From contig JBDUBI010000087.1 in the NCBI GenBank assembly GCA_040004225.1, positions 1 through 40,775 of the forward strand: a stretch of DNA of 40,775 bases. The letters run 5' to 3'. This document shows positions 1-9,072 of the stretch, one piece after another. Position 1 is the stretch's first letter; every line of letters starts with the position of its first letter. The DNA comes from Acidobacteriota bacterium (GTDB lineage Bacteria > Acidobacteriota > Thermoanaerobaculia > UBA5066 > Gp7-AA6). The notes below the pieces were generated by a model. It worked only from the letters and a program-made list of their open reading frames with translations, was not told where the DNA came from and did not search any database. Made by a program: the position numbers and the translations under genes.

Positions 1-211
1 GCAGGATCGTGTCGTGCGTCGGGTTGACACGCGGCGACGGCGGCGACGGCGCGTGTAGGACGTCGAGGATGTACTTCGGGGGTTGGTTGTAGCCCGAGGG
101 TTCTGCGGTCGCGGACGCCGCAGCCTGCTCGGCGCTGGCGATTTGTGCGAGGTTGATCGAAAAAACCGTTGCAATGAGGCAAACTAGGGTAAGGGCATGG
201 AATTTCGGCAT
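1..211 (-). CDS. Secreted S9-family (prolyl oligopeptidase / glutamyl peptidase-like) peptidase, N-terminal part; runs off the window edge
   Basis: Hand translation from ATG at 211 gives MPKFHALTLVFLIATVFSINLAQIASAEQAAASATAEPSGYNQPPKYILDVLHAPSPPSPRVNPTHDTIL. It has a signal peptide and a GYxxPPxxIxDxxxAPxxP motif typical of S9D-like peptidase N-termini. GAGGAG SD at 221-226. The catalytic domain is not in the window. Confidence 0.65.
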   Translation of the reverse strand, partial: MPKFHALTLVCLIATVFSINLAQIASAEQAAASATAEPSGYNQPPKYILDVLHAPSPPSPRVNPTHDTIL

Positions 212-724
212 TGAGATGTGCTCCTCTTTTGAAGGCGCTTGATGGTACGCCGCCTACTCTGCGGGATGGCAAGGCGATGTAGTCAACTGCCAGCCGTCGA
301 GCTAATCGGCGCAGCCTCTTGCGGTAAAAAACCCGCTACCCGCAAAGAATAAGACAGCGCCGATACAGCGAATCCCGACTGTTATTGCACAACCAGCTAC
401 GATACCAACGCCGCCGACCACAACCCCCACGATACCAAACGAGTCCGACTACTACTGCTCCCCTGCTTTAACAAGCTCCCGTCCTCCGCCCCTTGGACTG
501 CTTCACATTGGTGACGCCGCCCCCCGTGAACGTATCGTCGACTCGGAGCTGTCGCCTCCATGCGCGTAGAGCCGGTCGCCCGACGAGGCGGATTAGACTT
601 CGGTCAGAATGCGAGCAAGGTCCGCGAATTCTTCCTCAAGCTCGACCTGAGCCTGTCGCCGTAAGGCGTCGCTCCCCAGGCAACCGAATCGGCGAAGCGG
701 CTTGAGGTAAGCGATGAAAAAGAC

Positions 725-801
<77 letters not shown>

Positions 802-815
802 AGAGAAGAGAGGGA

Positions 816-845
816 GTTATATCGCGTTCCCCACCGGGGGGACAA
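816..845 (-). promoter_or_regulatory. Probable sigma70 promoter of tRNA-Pro
   Basis: TTGTCC (845-840), 18-nt spacer, TATAAC (821-816) just upstream of the tRNA 5' end. Confidence 0.5.
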
Positions 846-847
846 GG

Positions 848-865
848 CGGCCGGCCGGCCGGCCG
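848..865. repeat. 18-bp perfect palindrome CGGCCGGCCGGCCGGCCG just after the kinase stop codon; possible hairpin
   Basis: Self-complementary (GGCC)n tract between the kinase stop (876) and the tRNA promoter. Confidence 0.5.
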
Positions 866-875
866 ATGCGGGAGT

Positions 876-3299
876 CTACTGAACGCGGGCGGAAAGACGG
901 CCGTTCGCGTAGTCGAGTCGGAGCGTCCGGGTCTCGCCGCCGACGACCTGCGCGGTCGCGGTCGCGAGCAGAGACGCGGGGATGTCGGGGCCCGACAGCC
1001 ACACTTTGACGGTCGTGGAGCCCGCCTTGACCGGAATCGACTCGTCCACGGTGCCTCGCTCCCTGACGGTCTTGAAAAGGCCTTCCTTGTGTTTGAAGGA
1101 AAACTGCTTGCGCAGGAGGATCTGATCGTTGACGGCCACCATCACGTGGCCTTCCGAAACGGGCGAGTCGAACAACAGGCGCAGCATGCCGCTCGTGGAA
1201 ACGGCTGCGGGGGCCGGCGCCGGGGTCGGCGCGGCGGGTTCGACGCGCGCTTCTCTCGCGGGAGCGACCGCGGCGCGCCGCACCGGTGCCGCGGTGGGCT
1301 TCAACTTCTTCCGGGCGGCGATGTCCGCCTCGGCGATCTTCGCGCTCGCCTGCTCCCGGAGCTGCTGGGCCTCGACCCTGCCGCCATCCACCGCGAGCGT
1401 TTCGTCGGCGCGCTTCTTGGCTTCTTCGAAGTTGCCGGCCGCGAAGGCGGAGACGGCATCCTGCATTGCCTTGTCCGCTTCCTCGGTTTTGCGCGACTGT
1501 TCCTGCTTGCCCTGGAGGGCGTTTTCCGCCATCTGCGCGTATTGGCGCGCCTGGGTGTTGTTGGGGCTGCGGGCGAGAAGCCTGCGGAAGAGCGTCAGGC
1601 TTTCTTCGTACTTCCCGTCGGCGAAGAGTTTCTTCCCCTCCTCGAACGATCCCCGACGCTCCCGCGTCTCTTTCTCGAGCGCCGCGTCGACCGGAGCCGT
1701 CGGCCTCGAGACGAGCGCGCGGCGCCAGATGAGTCCTCCCACGACGGCGGCGACCACGAGGACCGCGGTCCCGACCACGCGCCAGAACCATCCTGGATTG
1801 ACCTCGGAAGAAACGAGTTGCTTCCAGTTCTGACTCCTGGCGAGCGCCACTTTTTCTTGAAGCCTCTGCCCGAGCGACGGCGGCCGCCCCTTGCTCGTGT
1901 CTTTGGGCGCCATCCGGGGCTTCGCGAGCGGGAGGGACGCCGTCAGCGGCTTCGTCACCAGGGGCGGAGGAGGAGCCAGAGGAGGCGTGACAACGGGGAG
2001 CGGGAGATCGGGGCCCTTCCGTACCGGAACTGCGGCGGGAACGTCGATCGCGGGAAGCGTCGAGAGGACGGAAGTGACCGCGTCGCCGCCGCCGGCTGCA
2101 GGAGGGGCTGCGGGCGGAGGGGCGGCAGATCGCTCGGACGCGGCGCCGCCGGCGGGCGAGGCCATGCGGCCTCCGGGGGGAGTCCCGTCGGCGGGAGTCT
2201 CGCGCGAGCGCGGGAGGACGGGAACCCCCGGGTCGGAAACGCGGAAGGCCTGCGTCGCCTCCTCGGGTCGAAACGGCGGGCGAACCTGCGTGCTCCGGCC
2301 GGAAAGGGCTTCGGTGTGGTGGCGCGCCTCTTCGGCCGCCTCGAGAACGAGCTGGTCGATGTTCGCGAGCTTCATCGTGGGCATGAACTCCGCCTCGGAC
2401 ACGATCGTGCCGAGGTCGTGCAGAGCGCGCTGCTCCTCGAGGTGCGCCCGCAGCTGGTACAGCGCGAGCGCGAAGTCCTTGCCGCGCTGGTAGCGATTCC
2501 ACGGGTCCTTGGCCATCGCGCGCGCGACGATCGGATTGAATTCCGACGGGACCTCGCTCGAAAGCTCCGCGGGGGGCGTGAAATCCTCGTGGACGATCTT
2601 GTAGGAGATGGCGGTCAGGTTTTCGCCTACGAAAGGTTTCCGGTGCGTGAGCAGCTCGTAAAGGACGACCCCGAGGGAAAAGATGTCGCTTCGTCCGTCG
2701 ACCGGCGCGCCCGAGACCTGCTCGGGAGACATGTAGTTGGGCGTGCCCAGAAACTGACCGGTCGTCGTGAGGTTAGAGGAAGCGACCTTCGCGATTCCGA
2801 AGTCCGTGATCTTGACCTTTTCGTCCGTCGTGATGATGATGTTTGCCGGCTTGATGTCGCGGTGGATGATGCCCTTCCGGTGCGCGTAGTCGATCGCTTC
2901 CGCGACCTGGGCGATCATCTCGGCGATCTGGTCGTAGGAGAACGGAGCGCGCTCGGCGAGCAGCGACTTCAGGTTCTTCCCCTCGATGTACTCCATCGCG
3001 ATGAAGGACGTCGAGGTCTCGGGATCCTCGCCGATGTCGTGGATGGTGACGATGTGCGGGTGCGACAGGATGCCCGCCGTCTGCGCCTCGCGGACAAAAC
3101 GTTCACGGAACTCGCGGGACTCCGAGTCGTCGTCTCCGGCCATGCTCGACGCGCGGATGGTCTTGATCGCCACCATGCGGCCGATCACCGGGTCCTTCGC
3201 GAGGTAAACGATCCCCATCGCGCCCTTCCCGAGCTCGCTCAGCACTTCATAGCGACCGAGCTTCAGCAGCCGGGCCCCCGCGACGCCTTTATCCCCCAT
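876..3299 (-). CDS. Membrane-anchored Hanks-type Ser/Thr protein kinase: kinase, Pro/Ala linker, TM helix, TPR-like helices, C-terminal beta domain
   Basis: Motifs LGKGAMGIVY, VAIK, HRDIKPAN, DFG and GTPNYMSPE; TM segment VVGTAVLVVAAVVGGLIW. Start chosen at ATG 3299 (MGDKG), downstream of the promoter at 3378-3406. Confidence 0.93.
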   Translation of the reverse strand: MGDKGVAGARLLKLGRYEVLSELGKGAMGIVYLAKDPVIGRMVAIKTIRASSMAGDDDSESREFRERFVREAQTAGILSHPHIVTIHDIGEDPETSTSFIAMEYIEGKNLKSLLAERAPFSYDQIAEMIAQVAEAIDYAHRKGIIHRDIKPANIIITTDEKVKITDFGIAKVASSNLTTTGQFLGTPNYMSPEQVSGAPVDGRSDIFSLGVVLYELLTHRKPFVGENLTAISYKIVHEDFTPPAELSSEVPSEFNPIVARAMAKDPWNRYQRGKDFALALYQLRAHLEEQRALHDLGTIVSEAEFMPTMKLANIDQLVLEAAEEARHHTEALSGRSTQVRPPFRPEEATQAFRVSDPGVPVLPRSRETPADGTPPGGRMASPAGGAASERSAAPPPAAPPAAGGGDAVTSVLSTLPAIDVPAAVPVRKGPDLPLPVVTPPLAPPPPLVTKPLTASLPLAKPRMAPKDTSKGRPPSLGQRLQEKVALARSQNWKQLVSSEVNPGWFWRVVGTAVLVVAAVVGGLIWRRALVSRPTAPVDAALEKETRERRGSFEEGKKLFADGKYEESLTLFRRLLARSPNNTQARQYAQMAENALQGKQEQSRKTEEADKAMQDAVSAFAAGNFEEAKKRADETLAVDGGRVEAQQLREQASAKIAEADIAARKKLKPTAAPVRRAAVAPAREARVEPAAPTPAPAPAAVSTSGMLRLLFDSPVSEGHVMVAVNDQILLRKQFSFKHKEGLFKTVRERGTVDESIPVKAGSTTVKVWLSGPDIPASLLATATAQVVGGETRTLRLDYANGRLSARVQ

Positions 3300-3377
3300 T
3301 GGATTCGAAGAAACTCCCTTCCCTGGAAGGCGAAAGCTCGCCGGACCCGCCTCCTTGAGAGACAACGGATTCCCTAA

Positions 3378-3406
3378 ATTGTAGCCGCCGCGGGAAGGGG
3401 GGTCAA
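3378..3406 (-). promoter_or_regulatory. Near-consensus sigma70 promoter of the kinase gene
   Basis: TTGACC (3406-3401), 17 nt, TACAAT (3383-3378). Confidence 0.7.
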
Positions 3407-3525
3407 CTTTACCGACCCGGGAGGCTTCCTGCCGCAGGGAGGAAGCTGCCGGAACGACGCGAGGGGGCTCCTGCCGCGTACGCACGCCCGGCGCGCCCGA
3501 GACCTTCAGAATCGAACCCCGTGAA

Positions 3526-3531
3526 TATAAT
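3526..3531 (+). promoter_or_regulatory. -10 box TATAAT, 7 nt before the EF-G2 ATG (leaderless-type)
   Basis: TATAAT-ccggcgc-ATG(3539); no SD sequence. Confidence 0.6.
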
Positions 3532-3538
3532 CCGGCGC

Positions 3539-5620
3539 ATGAAAACCTTCTCGGCTCCGGAGCTCAGGAATGTCGCCGTCCTCGGGCACAACACGGTGGG
3601 CAAAACGACGCTCATCGCCGGCCTGCTGCACGCGGGAGGAGTGACCACCCGACCGGGAAAGATCGAGGAGGGCACGTGCCCGACCGACTTCGACCCGGAG
3701 GAGATCGAGCGGCGAATCTCGATCAACCTGGCATGCGCCCACGTCGTCCACCGTGACGTGCGGGTCAACCTCATCGACGCTCCCGGTTACGGAATCTTCT
3801 CGCCCGAGGCGAAGGCAGCGGTTGCCGCCGCCGACTCCGTCCTCATCGTTCTCGACGCGGTTTCGGGGGTCGAGGTGCAGACGGAGAAGGCCTGGAAATT
3901 CGCCGCCGAGTTCTCCCGCCCGGTCCTCTTCGTGATCAACCGGATGGACCGGGAGCGCGCCTCCTTCGAGCGCTCCATGGAGGCCATCAAAAAGCGGTTC
4001 GGCCGCGGAGTCGTCGCGCTGCAGATCCCGGTCGGGGAAGAGCGGGCTTTCCGGGGGACGATCGACCTCGTCCGGATGGAGGCGCATTCGCACGAAAGCG
4101 GGAAACGCGTGGACGGCCCCATCCCGGAGGAGCTCGCCGAGCAGGCACGCGCGGAGCACGAACAGTTAGTCGAGCTGGTCGCCGAGGGCGAGGACGGCTT
4201 GATGGAGAAGTACTTCGCGCAGGGCACCCTCGACCCCGCCGACCTTCTTCCGGGATTGAAATCCGAAGTGGCCGACAGGAAGATTTTTCCGGTCCTCTGC
4301 GCGTCCTCGGCCCACGAAATCGGGCTCGTCCGGATTCTCGACGCTTGCGTCGCGATCCTCCCCTCCCCCGAGGGCGGCGCGGTCGAGGCGACGGACAAGA
4401 ATGGCAAGCCCACGAAGATCTTCACGAACGAAACCGATCCGGCCGTGGGCCAGGTTTTCAAGACGGTGTCGGACCCGTTCGCCGGAAGGATCTCCTACAT
4501 GCGCGTGCGCGCCGGAAAGTTTCAGTCGGACGGCACGTACTGGAACGCCACGCGGGGTATCCCGGAGCGATTCTCGGGTCTCTTTCTCCCCCAGGGGAAG
4601 GAGCACGTGAGCGTGCCCGAAGCGCGCGCGGGAGACATCGTCGCCGTGGCCAAACTGAAGGAGACGACGACCGGCGACACTCTCACGGCAAAGGATCATC
4701 CCGTCGTCCTTCCGAAGCTCGTCGTTCCGGAGGCGTCCATTGCCTACGCGATCGAGCCCCGGGCCAAGGGAGACGAGGACAAGATTTCGACGGCCCTTCA
4801 CAAGCTGATCGAAGAGGATCCCTCGCTCCACTTCCAGCGTGACGACGAGACGAAGGAGTTCCACCTCTCGGGCGCGTCGCAGCTGCACGTCGAGATCGCC
4901 GTCGCCCGGCTCAAGCGCCGCTACGCGGTCGAGGTGATCCTCCACCCCCCGAAGGTCCCTTACCGCGAAACGATCAAGGGAAAGGCGGAGGCGCACGGGC
5001 GGCACAAGAAGCAATCCGGCGGCCACGGCCAGTTCGCCGATTGCCGCATCCGCGTCGAACCGCTTCCGCGCGGTGCCGACTTCGAGTTCGTAGACGACAT
5101 CTATGGAGGCTCGATCCCGCGCAACTTCATTCCCGCGGTGGAAAAAGGAATTCAGGAGGTCCGGCGCAAGGGGTTTCTGGCGGGCTTCCCCATGGTGGAT
5201 TTCCGAGTGATCCTGTACGACGGGCAGTACCACGACGTGGATTCCTCGGAGCTCGCGTTCAAGATCGCCGGGTCTCTCGCCTACAAGGAAGCCATGGAGA
5301 AGGCGAAACCCACGCTCCTCGAACCCGTGATGCTCGTCGAAGTCTCGACGCCGAATGAATACGTCGGGGACCTGATGGGCGACCTTTCCTCACGGCGCGG
5401 ACACGTCTCCGGGATGGAAGCGGAGGCCGAGGACACCGTGATCAAGGCGCAGGTGCCGATGGCGGAGATGCTCTCGTACGGCGCCCAGCTGAGGTCGATC
5501 ACCCAGGGACGGGGAACGTTCCACATGGAGTTCTCCCACTACTCCGAGGTGCCCCACGCGGCGCAGGAAAAGATCATCGCGCAGTCGAAAGCGGGCAAGG
5601 CGGCCGCCGAGGGAGCCTAG
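3539..5620 (+). CDS. fusA: Elongation factor G paralog (EF-G2 type)
   Basis: G motifs GHNTVGKTT, DAPGY and NRMD; domain IV motifs KKQSGGHGQF, DGQYHDVDSSELAF and LRSITQGRG. Not in the rpsL-rpsG-tuf context, so a second copy. Confidence 0.93.
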   Translation: MKTFSAPELRNVAVLGHNTVGKTTLIAGLLHAGGVTTRPGKIEEGTCPTDFDPEEIERRISINLACAHVVHRDVRVNLIDAPGYGIFSPEAKAAVAAADSVLIVLDAVSGVEVQTEKAWKFAAEFSRPVLFVINRMDRERASFERSMEAIKKRFGRGVVALQIPVGEERAFRGTIDLVRMEAHSHESGKRVDGPIPEELAEQARAEHEQLVELVAEGEDGLMEKYFAQGTLDPADLLPGLKSEVADRKIFPVLCASSAHEIGLVRILDACVAILPSPEGGAVEATDKNGKPTKIFTNETDPAVGQVFKTVSDPFAGRISYMRVRAGKFQSDGTYWNATRGIPERFSGLFLPQGKEHVSVPEARAGDIVAVAKLKETTTGDTLTAKDHPVVLPKLVVPEASIAYAIEPRAKGDEDKISTALHKLIEEDPSLHFQRDDETKEFHLSGASQLHVEIAVARLKRRYAVEVILHPPKVPYRETIKGKAEAHGRHKKQSGGHGQFADCRIRVEPLPRGADFEFVDDIYGGSIPRNFIPAVEKGIQEVRRKGFLAGFPMVDFRVILYDGQYHDVDSSELAFKIAGSLAYKEAMEKAKPTLLEPVMLVEVSTPNEYVGDLMGDLSSRRGHVSGMEAEAEDTVIKAQVPMAEMLSYGAQLRSITQGRGTFHMEFSHYSEVPHAAQEKIIAQSKAGKAAAEGA

Positions 5621-5629
5621 AACCACCGC

Positions 5630-5664
5630 CGGCGACCGGGGGCCGGCGGCCGGCGGCCGGCGTC
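5630..5664 (+). repeat. Five degenerate tandem heptamers (CGGCGGC-like) after the fusA stop
   Basis: cggcgac cgggggc cggcggc cggcggc cggcgtc. Confidence 0.6.
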
Positions 5665-5746
5665 AGCGAGGGTTCCAGGCACCACAACACGGCCGGACCG
5701 TCCCCGAGTCCCCGAGCCCCGCGACTCTGCCGTGGGACGCTTCGGA

Positions 5747-6460
5747 TCAGAGGAGTTTTCCGGCGTCTTCGTCGAGCAGCCAGAGCAGGCTTCCCCGCCG
5801 CGGCCGGACTCTCGCGGCGGGCAGCGTCCGCGCCGAGGGTTTCTTTCCGATGATCGCGGCGGCCGGAGCGGCCTTCTCCGGACCGCTCACCAGAAAGATC
5901 ACCCGCCGAGCCGCGTCGAGCACAGGGTATGTCAGGGTGATCCGCCACTCGCGGAATTTCGGGATCCAGTTTGCGGACACAGACAGGGTCCTCTCCTCGA
6001 GCGCGCGGGTGCCCGGAAAGAGCGACGCCGTGTGCCCGTCCGGGCCGAGGCCGAGCAGGACGAGGTCGAAACGCAACCGTCCCCGCTCCCTCTCGAACGC
6101 CGCCTCGAGGACACGGTTGTAGTCGGAAGCGGCGGTCCTCGCGGGCGCCTCTCCGCGGATCCGGTGGACCTGCGCCTCTGAAATTCCCAGAGGCGCGAAC
6201 AGAGTCTCCTCGGCCATCCGATAGTTGGACCGCTCCGAGTCGGGACCTACGGCGCGCTCATCGCCGAAGAAAAACTGGATACGGTGCCAATCGATTCCCC
6301 GCCGGAACGGAGCCCGCGTCAATCGGCCGTGGAGCAGACGGGGCGTCGAGCCGCCCGAAAGCGCGACGCGAAAGCGGCCCCGGGCCTCGATGGCTTCGCG
6401 AGACGCGGCCTGGAATTCGCGTGCGGCCGCCTCCGCCAGCTCACCCGGCGTCGGGAACAC
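5747..6460 (-). CDS. pgl: 6-phosphogluconolactonase; true start probably further upstream
   Basis: Motifs ALSGGSTP, FFGDER, SNYRM and LGLGPDGHTASLFP; last gene of the PPP operon. Confidence 0.92.
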   Translation of the reverse strand: MFPTPGELAEAAAREFQAASREAIEARGRFRVALSGGSTPRLLHGRLTRAPFRRGIDWHRIQFFFGDERAVGPDSERSNYRMAEETLFAPLGISEAQVHRIRGEAPARTAASDYNRVLEAAFERERGRLRFDLVLLGLGPDGHTASLFPGTRALEERTLSVSANWIPKFREWRITLTYPVLDAARRVIFLVSGPEKAAPAAAIIGKKPSARTLPAARVRPRRGSLLWLLDEDAGKLL

Positions 6461-6570
6461 CCGTGCTTCGAAGCGCGGCGGCGCTTCCGCCGGGAGGGAA
6501 ATCCGAGGCTTCCGCGGTTTTCGTGGTTCGACGTTCGCCTCCCTGACGTCTGACCTTTAACGCCCGCCTC

Positions 6571-8121
6571 TCAAAGCGTCCGCCAGCGCCGGCCTTCCTT
6601 CTCGAGGAAGCGATCCGCGGACTCCGGGCCCCAGGTCCCCGACGCATAGTTGGGGAAGTCCGAAGCAGGATTGCCTTCCCATGCCCGGAGGATCGGAGAG
6701 ACGACCCGCCACGCCTGCTCGACCTCATCCCCGCGGGTAAAGAGCGTCTGGTCGCCGTGCGTGACGTCGAGCAGCAGCCTCTCGTATCCGCCCTGGATCG
6801 GCGCCCCGAGCTTATTGTACGGAAAGTCCATGTACACCGACTGGATCTGCATCACGGTCCCGGGGATCTTCGCGTCGAACTTCAACGACACGCCCTCGTC
6901 GGGCTGTATCCGGACGCGCAGCACGTTCGGGTTCAAAGTGCCCACGGCTTTCGAGAAGAGAGGATGGGGCACTCGCTTGAACTCGATCGCGATCTCCGAC
7001 ACCCTTTCCGCCAGGCGCTTGCCCGATCGCAGATAGAAGGGCACGCCGGCCCACCGCCAGTTGTCGATGGCGAACTTCACCGCGGCGTACGTGGGCGTGC
7101 TCGAGGCAGGGTCGACCTTTTCCTCCTCGCGATACCCCGGAACCTTCTTGCCGCCGACGACACCGGGCCCGTACTGCCCCCGGACCGCCCAGTCGTCGAT
7201 CGCGTTCTCCGGAATCGGCCGGATCGACTGCAGAACCTTGACCTTCTCCGCGCGCACGGCGTCGGCCTCAAAGGCGACCGGCGGTTCCATCGCGGTCAGG
7301 CAGAGTAATTGAAGAAGGTGGTTCTGAAACATGTCCCGGACGATCCCGGCAGATTCGTAGTATCCGGCGCGATGCCCGATGCCGACCGTCTCGGAAACGG
7401 CAATCTGGACGTGATCGACGTACCGGTTGTTCCAGAGAGGCTCGAAGACTCCGTTTGCGAAGCGGAGCACGAAAATGTTCTGGACGGTTTCCTTCCCGAG
7501 GTAATGGTCGATGCGGTAGATCTGCCGCTCCTTGAAGACCGAGCGGAGCTCGTCGTTCAAGTCCTTGCCCGACTGCAGGTCGTGCCCGAACGGCTTTTCG
7601 ACGACGACGCGCGCCCAGCCCTGGTCGGGCGACGCGAGCCCCTTTTCCCCCAGAAACTTGACGATCGTGGGATCCGCCTCGGGCGGAGTCGCCATGTAGA
7701 AAATCCGGTTGCGCGACCCGGAGCGCTTCCCCTCGATCTTTTCGAGCGTCTCTTTCAAGCGGTCGTAAAGGCCCGGGTCGGAGAAATCCCCGGCGAGGTA
7801 GGACACGGTCGGCGGGAGCTCCCCGGGGCGCCCCTGGGTGGGAGGAGTGAACTCGCGCGCGCCGCCTTCGAGGTACGCGCGGAATTCGGAGTCCGCCATT
7901 TCGGATCGCGCGAGGCCCACGATGGCAAAGTCCGGCGACACGGCGCCGTCCCGCAGCAGGTGCGCGATCGCGGGCGCGAGAAGCCGGCGGGTGAGGTCTC
8001 CCGACGCCCCGAAGATGACCAGGGTGCAGGGAGGCCGGACTTCCTCTTCTCCCCTCACCTCGCGTTCGTCGGAGGGAGCGGCCTCGACGCGCGGCTCGAC
8101 GGGGACGACGGCGGCGCTCAC
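6571..8121 (-). CDS. zwf: Glucose-6-phosphate 1-dehydrogenase
   Basis: Motifs IFGASGDL, EKPFG, YRIDHYLGKE, RDMFQNHLLQ and RWAGVPFYLRSGK; ATGA overlap with gnd. Confidence 0.97.
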   Translation of the reverse strand: MSAAVVPVEPRVEAAPSDEREVRGEEEVRPPCTLVIFGASGDLTRRLLAPAIAHLLRDGAVSPDFAIVGLARSEMADSEFRAYLEGGAREFTPPTQGRPGELPPTVSYLAGDFSDPGLYDRLKETLEKIEGKRSGSRNRIFYMATPPEADPTIVKFLGEKGLASPDQGWARVVVEKPFGHDLQSGKDLNDELRSVFKERQIYRIDHYLGKETVQNIFVLRFANGVFEPLWNNRYVDHVQIAVSETVGIGHRAGYYESAGIVRDMFQNHLLQLLCLTAMEPPVAFEADAVRAEKVKVLQSIRPIPENAIDDWAVRGQYGPGVVGGKKVPGYREEEKVDPASSTPTYAAVKFAIDNWRWAGVPFYLRSGKRLAERVSEIAIEFKRVPHPLFSKAVGTLNPNVLRVRIQPDEGVSLKFDAKIPGTVMQIQSVYMDFPYNKLGAPIQGGYERLLLDVTHGDQTLFTRGDEVEQAWRVVSPILRAWEGNPASDFPNYASGTWGPESADRFLEKEGRRWRTL

Positions 8122-9014
8122 TTCGCTTTGACCGCGTGGCCGCCGAACTCGTTGCGCAGGGCCGCGTTGACTTTTGCCGCGAAGGCGTCCGGCTGGCGCG
8201 AGGCAAACCGCGCAAACAGAGCCCCGGCGAGGCCCGGCATCGGCACGGCCTTGTCGATCGCGTCCTGCAGCGTCCAGCGGCCTTCGCCGGAATCTTCCAC
8301 GTAGCCCCGGATCCCCTGGAGCCCGGGATCCTTTTCGAACGCGAGCACGAGCAGGTCGAGCAGCCAGGAGCGCACCACGGATGCGTGGGTCCAGAGCCGG
8401 GAAATCTGATCGAGCTTCAAGTTGTAGTCGCTCTTCGCGAGGAGCTCGAATCCCTCCGCGTACCCCTGCATCATCGAGTACTCGATCGCGTTGTGGACCA
8501 TCTTCACGTAATGCCCCGCTCCGGGTCCTCCGACGTGGGCGTACCCGTCGGGCGGCGCGAGCGTCTTCAACGCAGGCTCGAGGACTCCGAAATCCTCCGG
8601 CCTTCCGCCGACCATCAGGCAGTATCCGTTGTCGAGGCCCCAGATCCCGCCCGAGGTGCCGGAATCGAGGAACCCGATTCCCGCGGCGGAGAGCTCCGCC
8701 GCGCGGCGGGAGGAGTCGGTCCAGCGGGAGTTGCCGCCATCGACGACGATGTCGCCGCGGGAGAGCAGCGCCTTCAACTCCGCGATCGAGTCGTCGACGG
8801 GTTTGCCCGCCGGGATCATGAGCCAGACGACGCGGGGCGCAGCGAGCTTCTCGACGACGTCTTTCAACGACGCGGCCCCCTTCGCCCCATGGGACTCCGC
8901 TTCCCGGACGGAATCCGCGCTTCGCGCGAATGCCACGATCTCGTGGCCGTCGCGCAGAAGGCGCTGGACCATGTTGCCGCCCATTTTCCCGAGGCCGACG
9001 AATCCGAGTTTCAT
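8118..9014 (-). CDS. gnd: 6-phosphogluconate dehydrogenase, decarboxylating (short, YqeC-like type)
   Basis: Motifs GLGKMG, DGGNS, SGGIWG, GHYVKMVHNAIEY, DSGEGRWT and LRNEFGGH. Confidence 0.95.
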   Translation of the reverse strand: MKLGFVGLGKMGGNMVQRLLRDGHEIVAFARSADSVREAESHGAKGAASLKDVVEKLAAPRVVWLMIPAGKPVDDSIAELKALLSRGDIVVDGGNSRWTDSSRRAAELSAAGIGFLDSGTSGGIWGLDNGYCLMVGGRPEDFGVLEPALKTLAPPDGYAHVGGPGAGHYVKMVHNAIEYSMMQGYAEGFELLAKSDYNLKLDQISRLWTHASVVRSWLLDLLVLAFEKDPGLQGIRGYVEDSGEGRWTLQDAIDKAVPMPGLAGALFARFASRQPDAFAAKVNAALRNEFGGHAVKAK

Positions 9015-9072
9015 TCGAGCTCCTTCGGAATCCGGAGAACCGCCGGCGGAAACGATTCGCCGCGGCGTTGTT

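Noticed and set aside
300-705. Short ORFs next to the tRNA, including a hydrophobic minus-strand stretch (SFGIVGVVVGGVGIVAG..) and 493-705 +
   Set aside because: In-frame stops, no credible start or SD, and no recognisable integrase or other motif.
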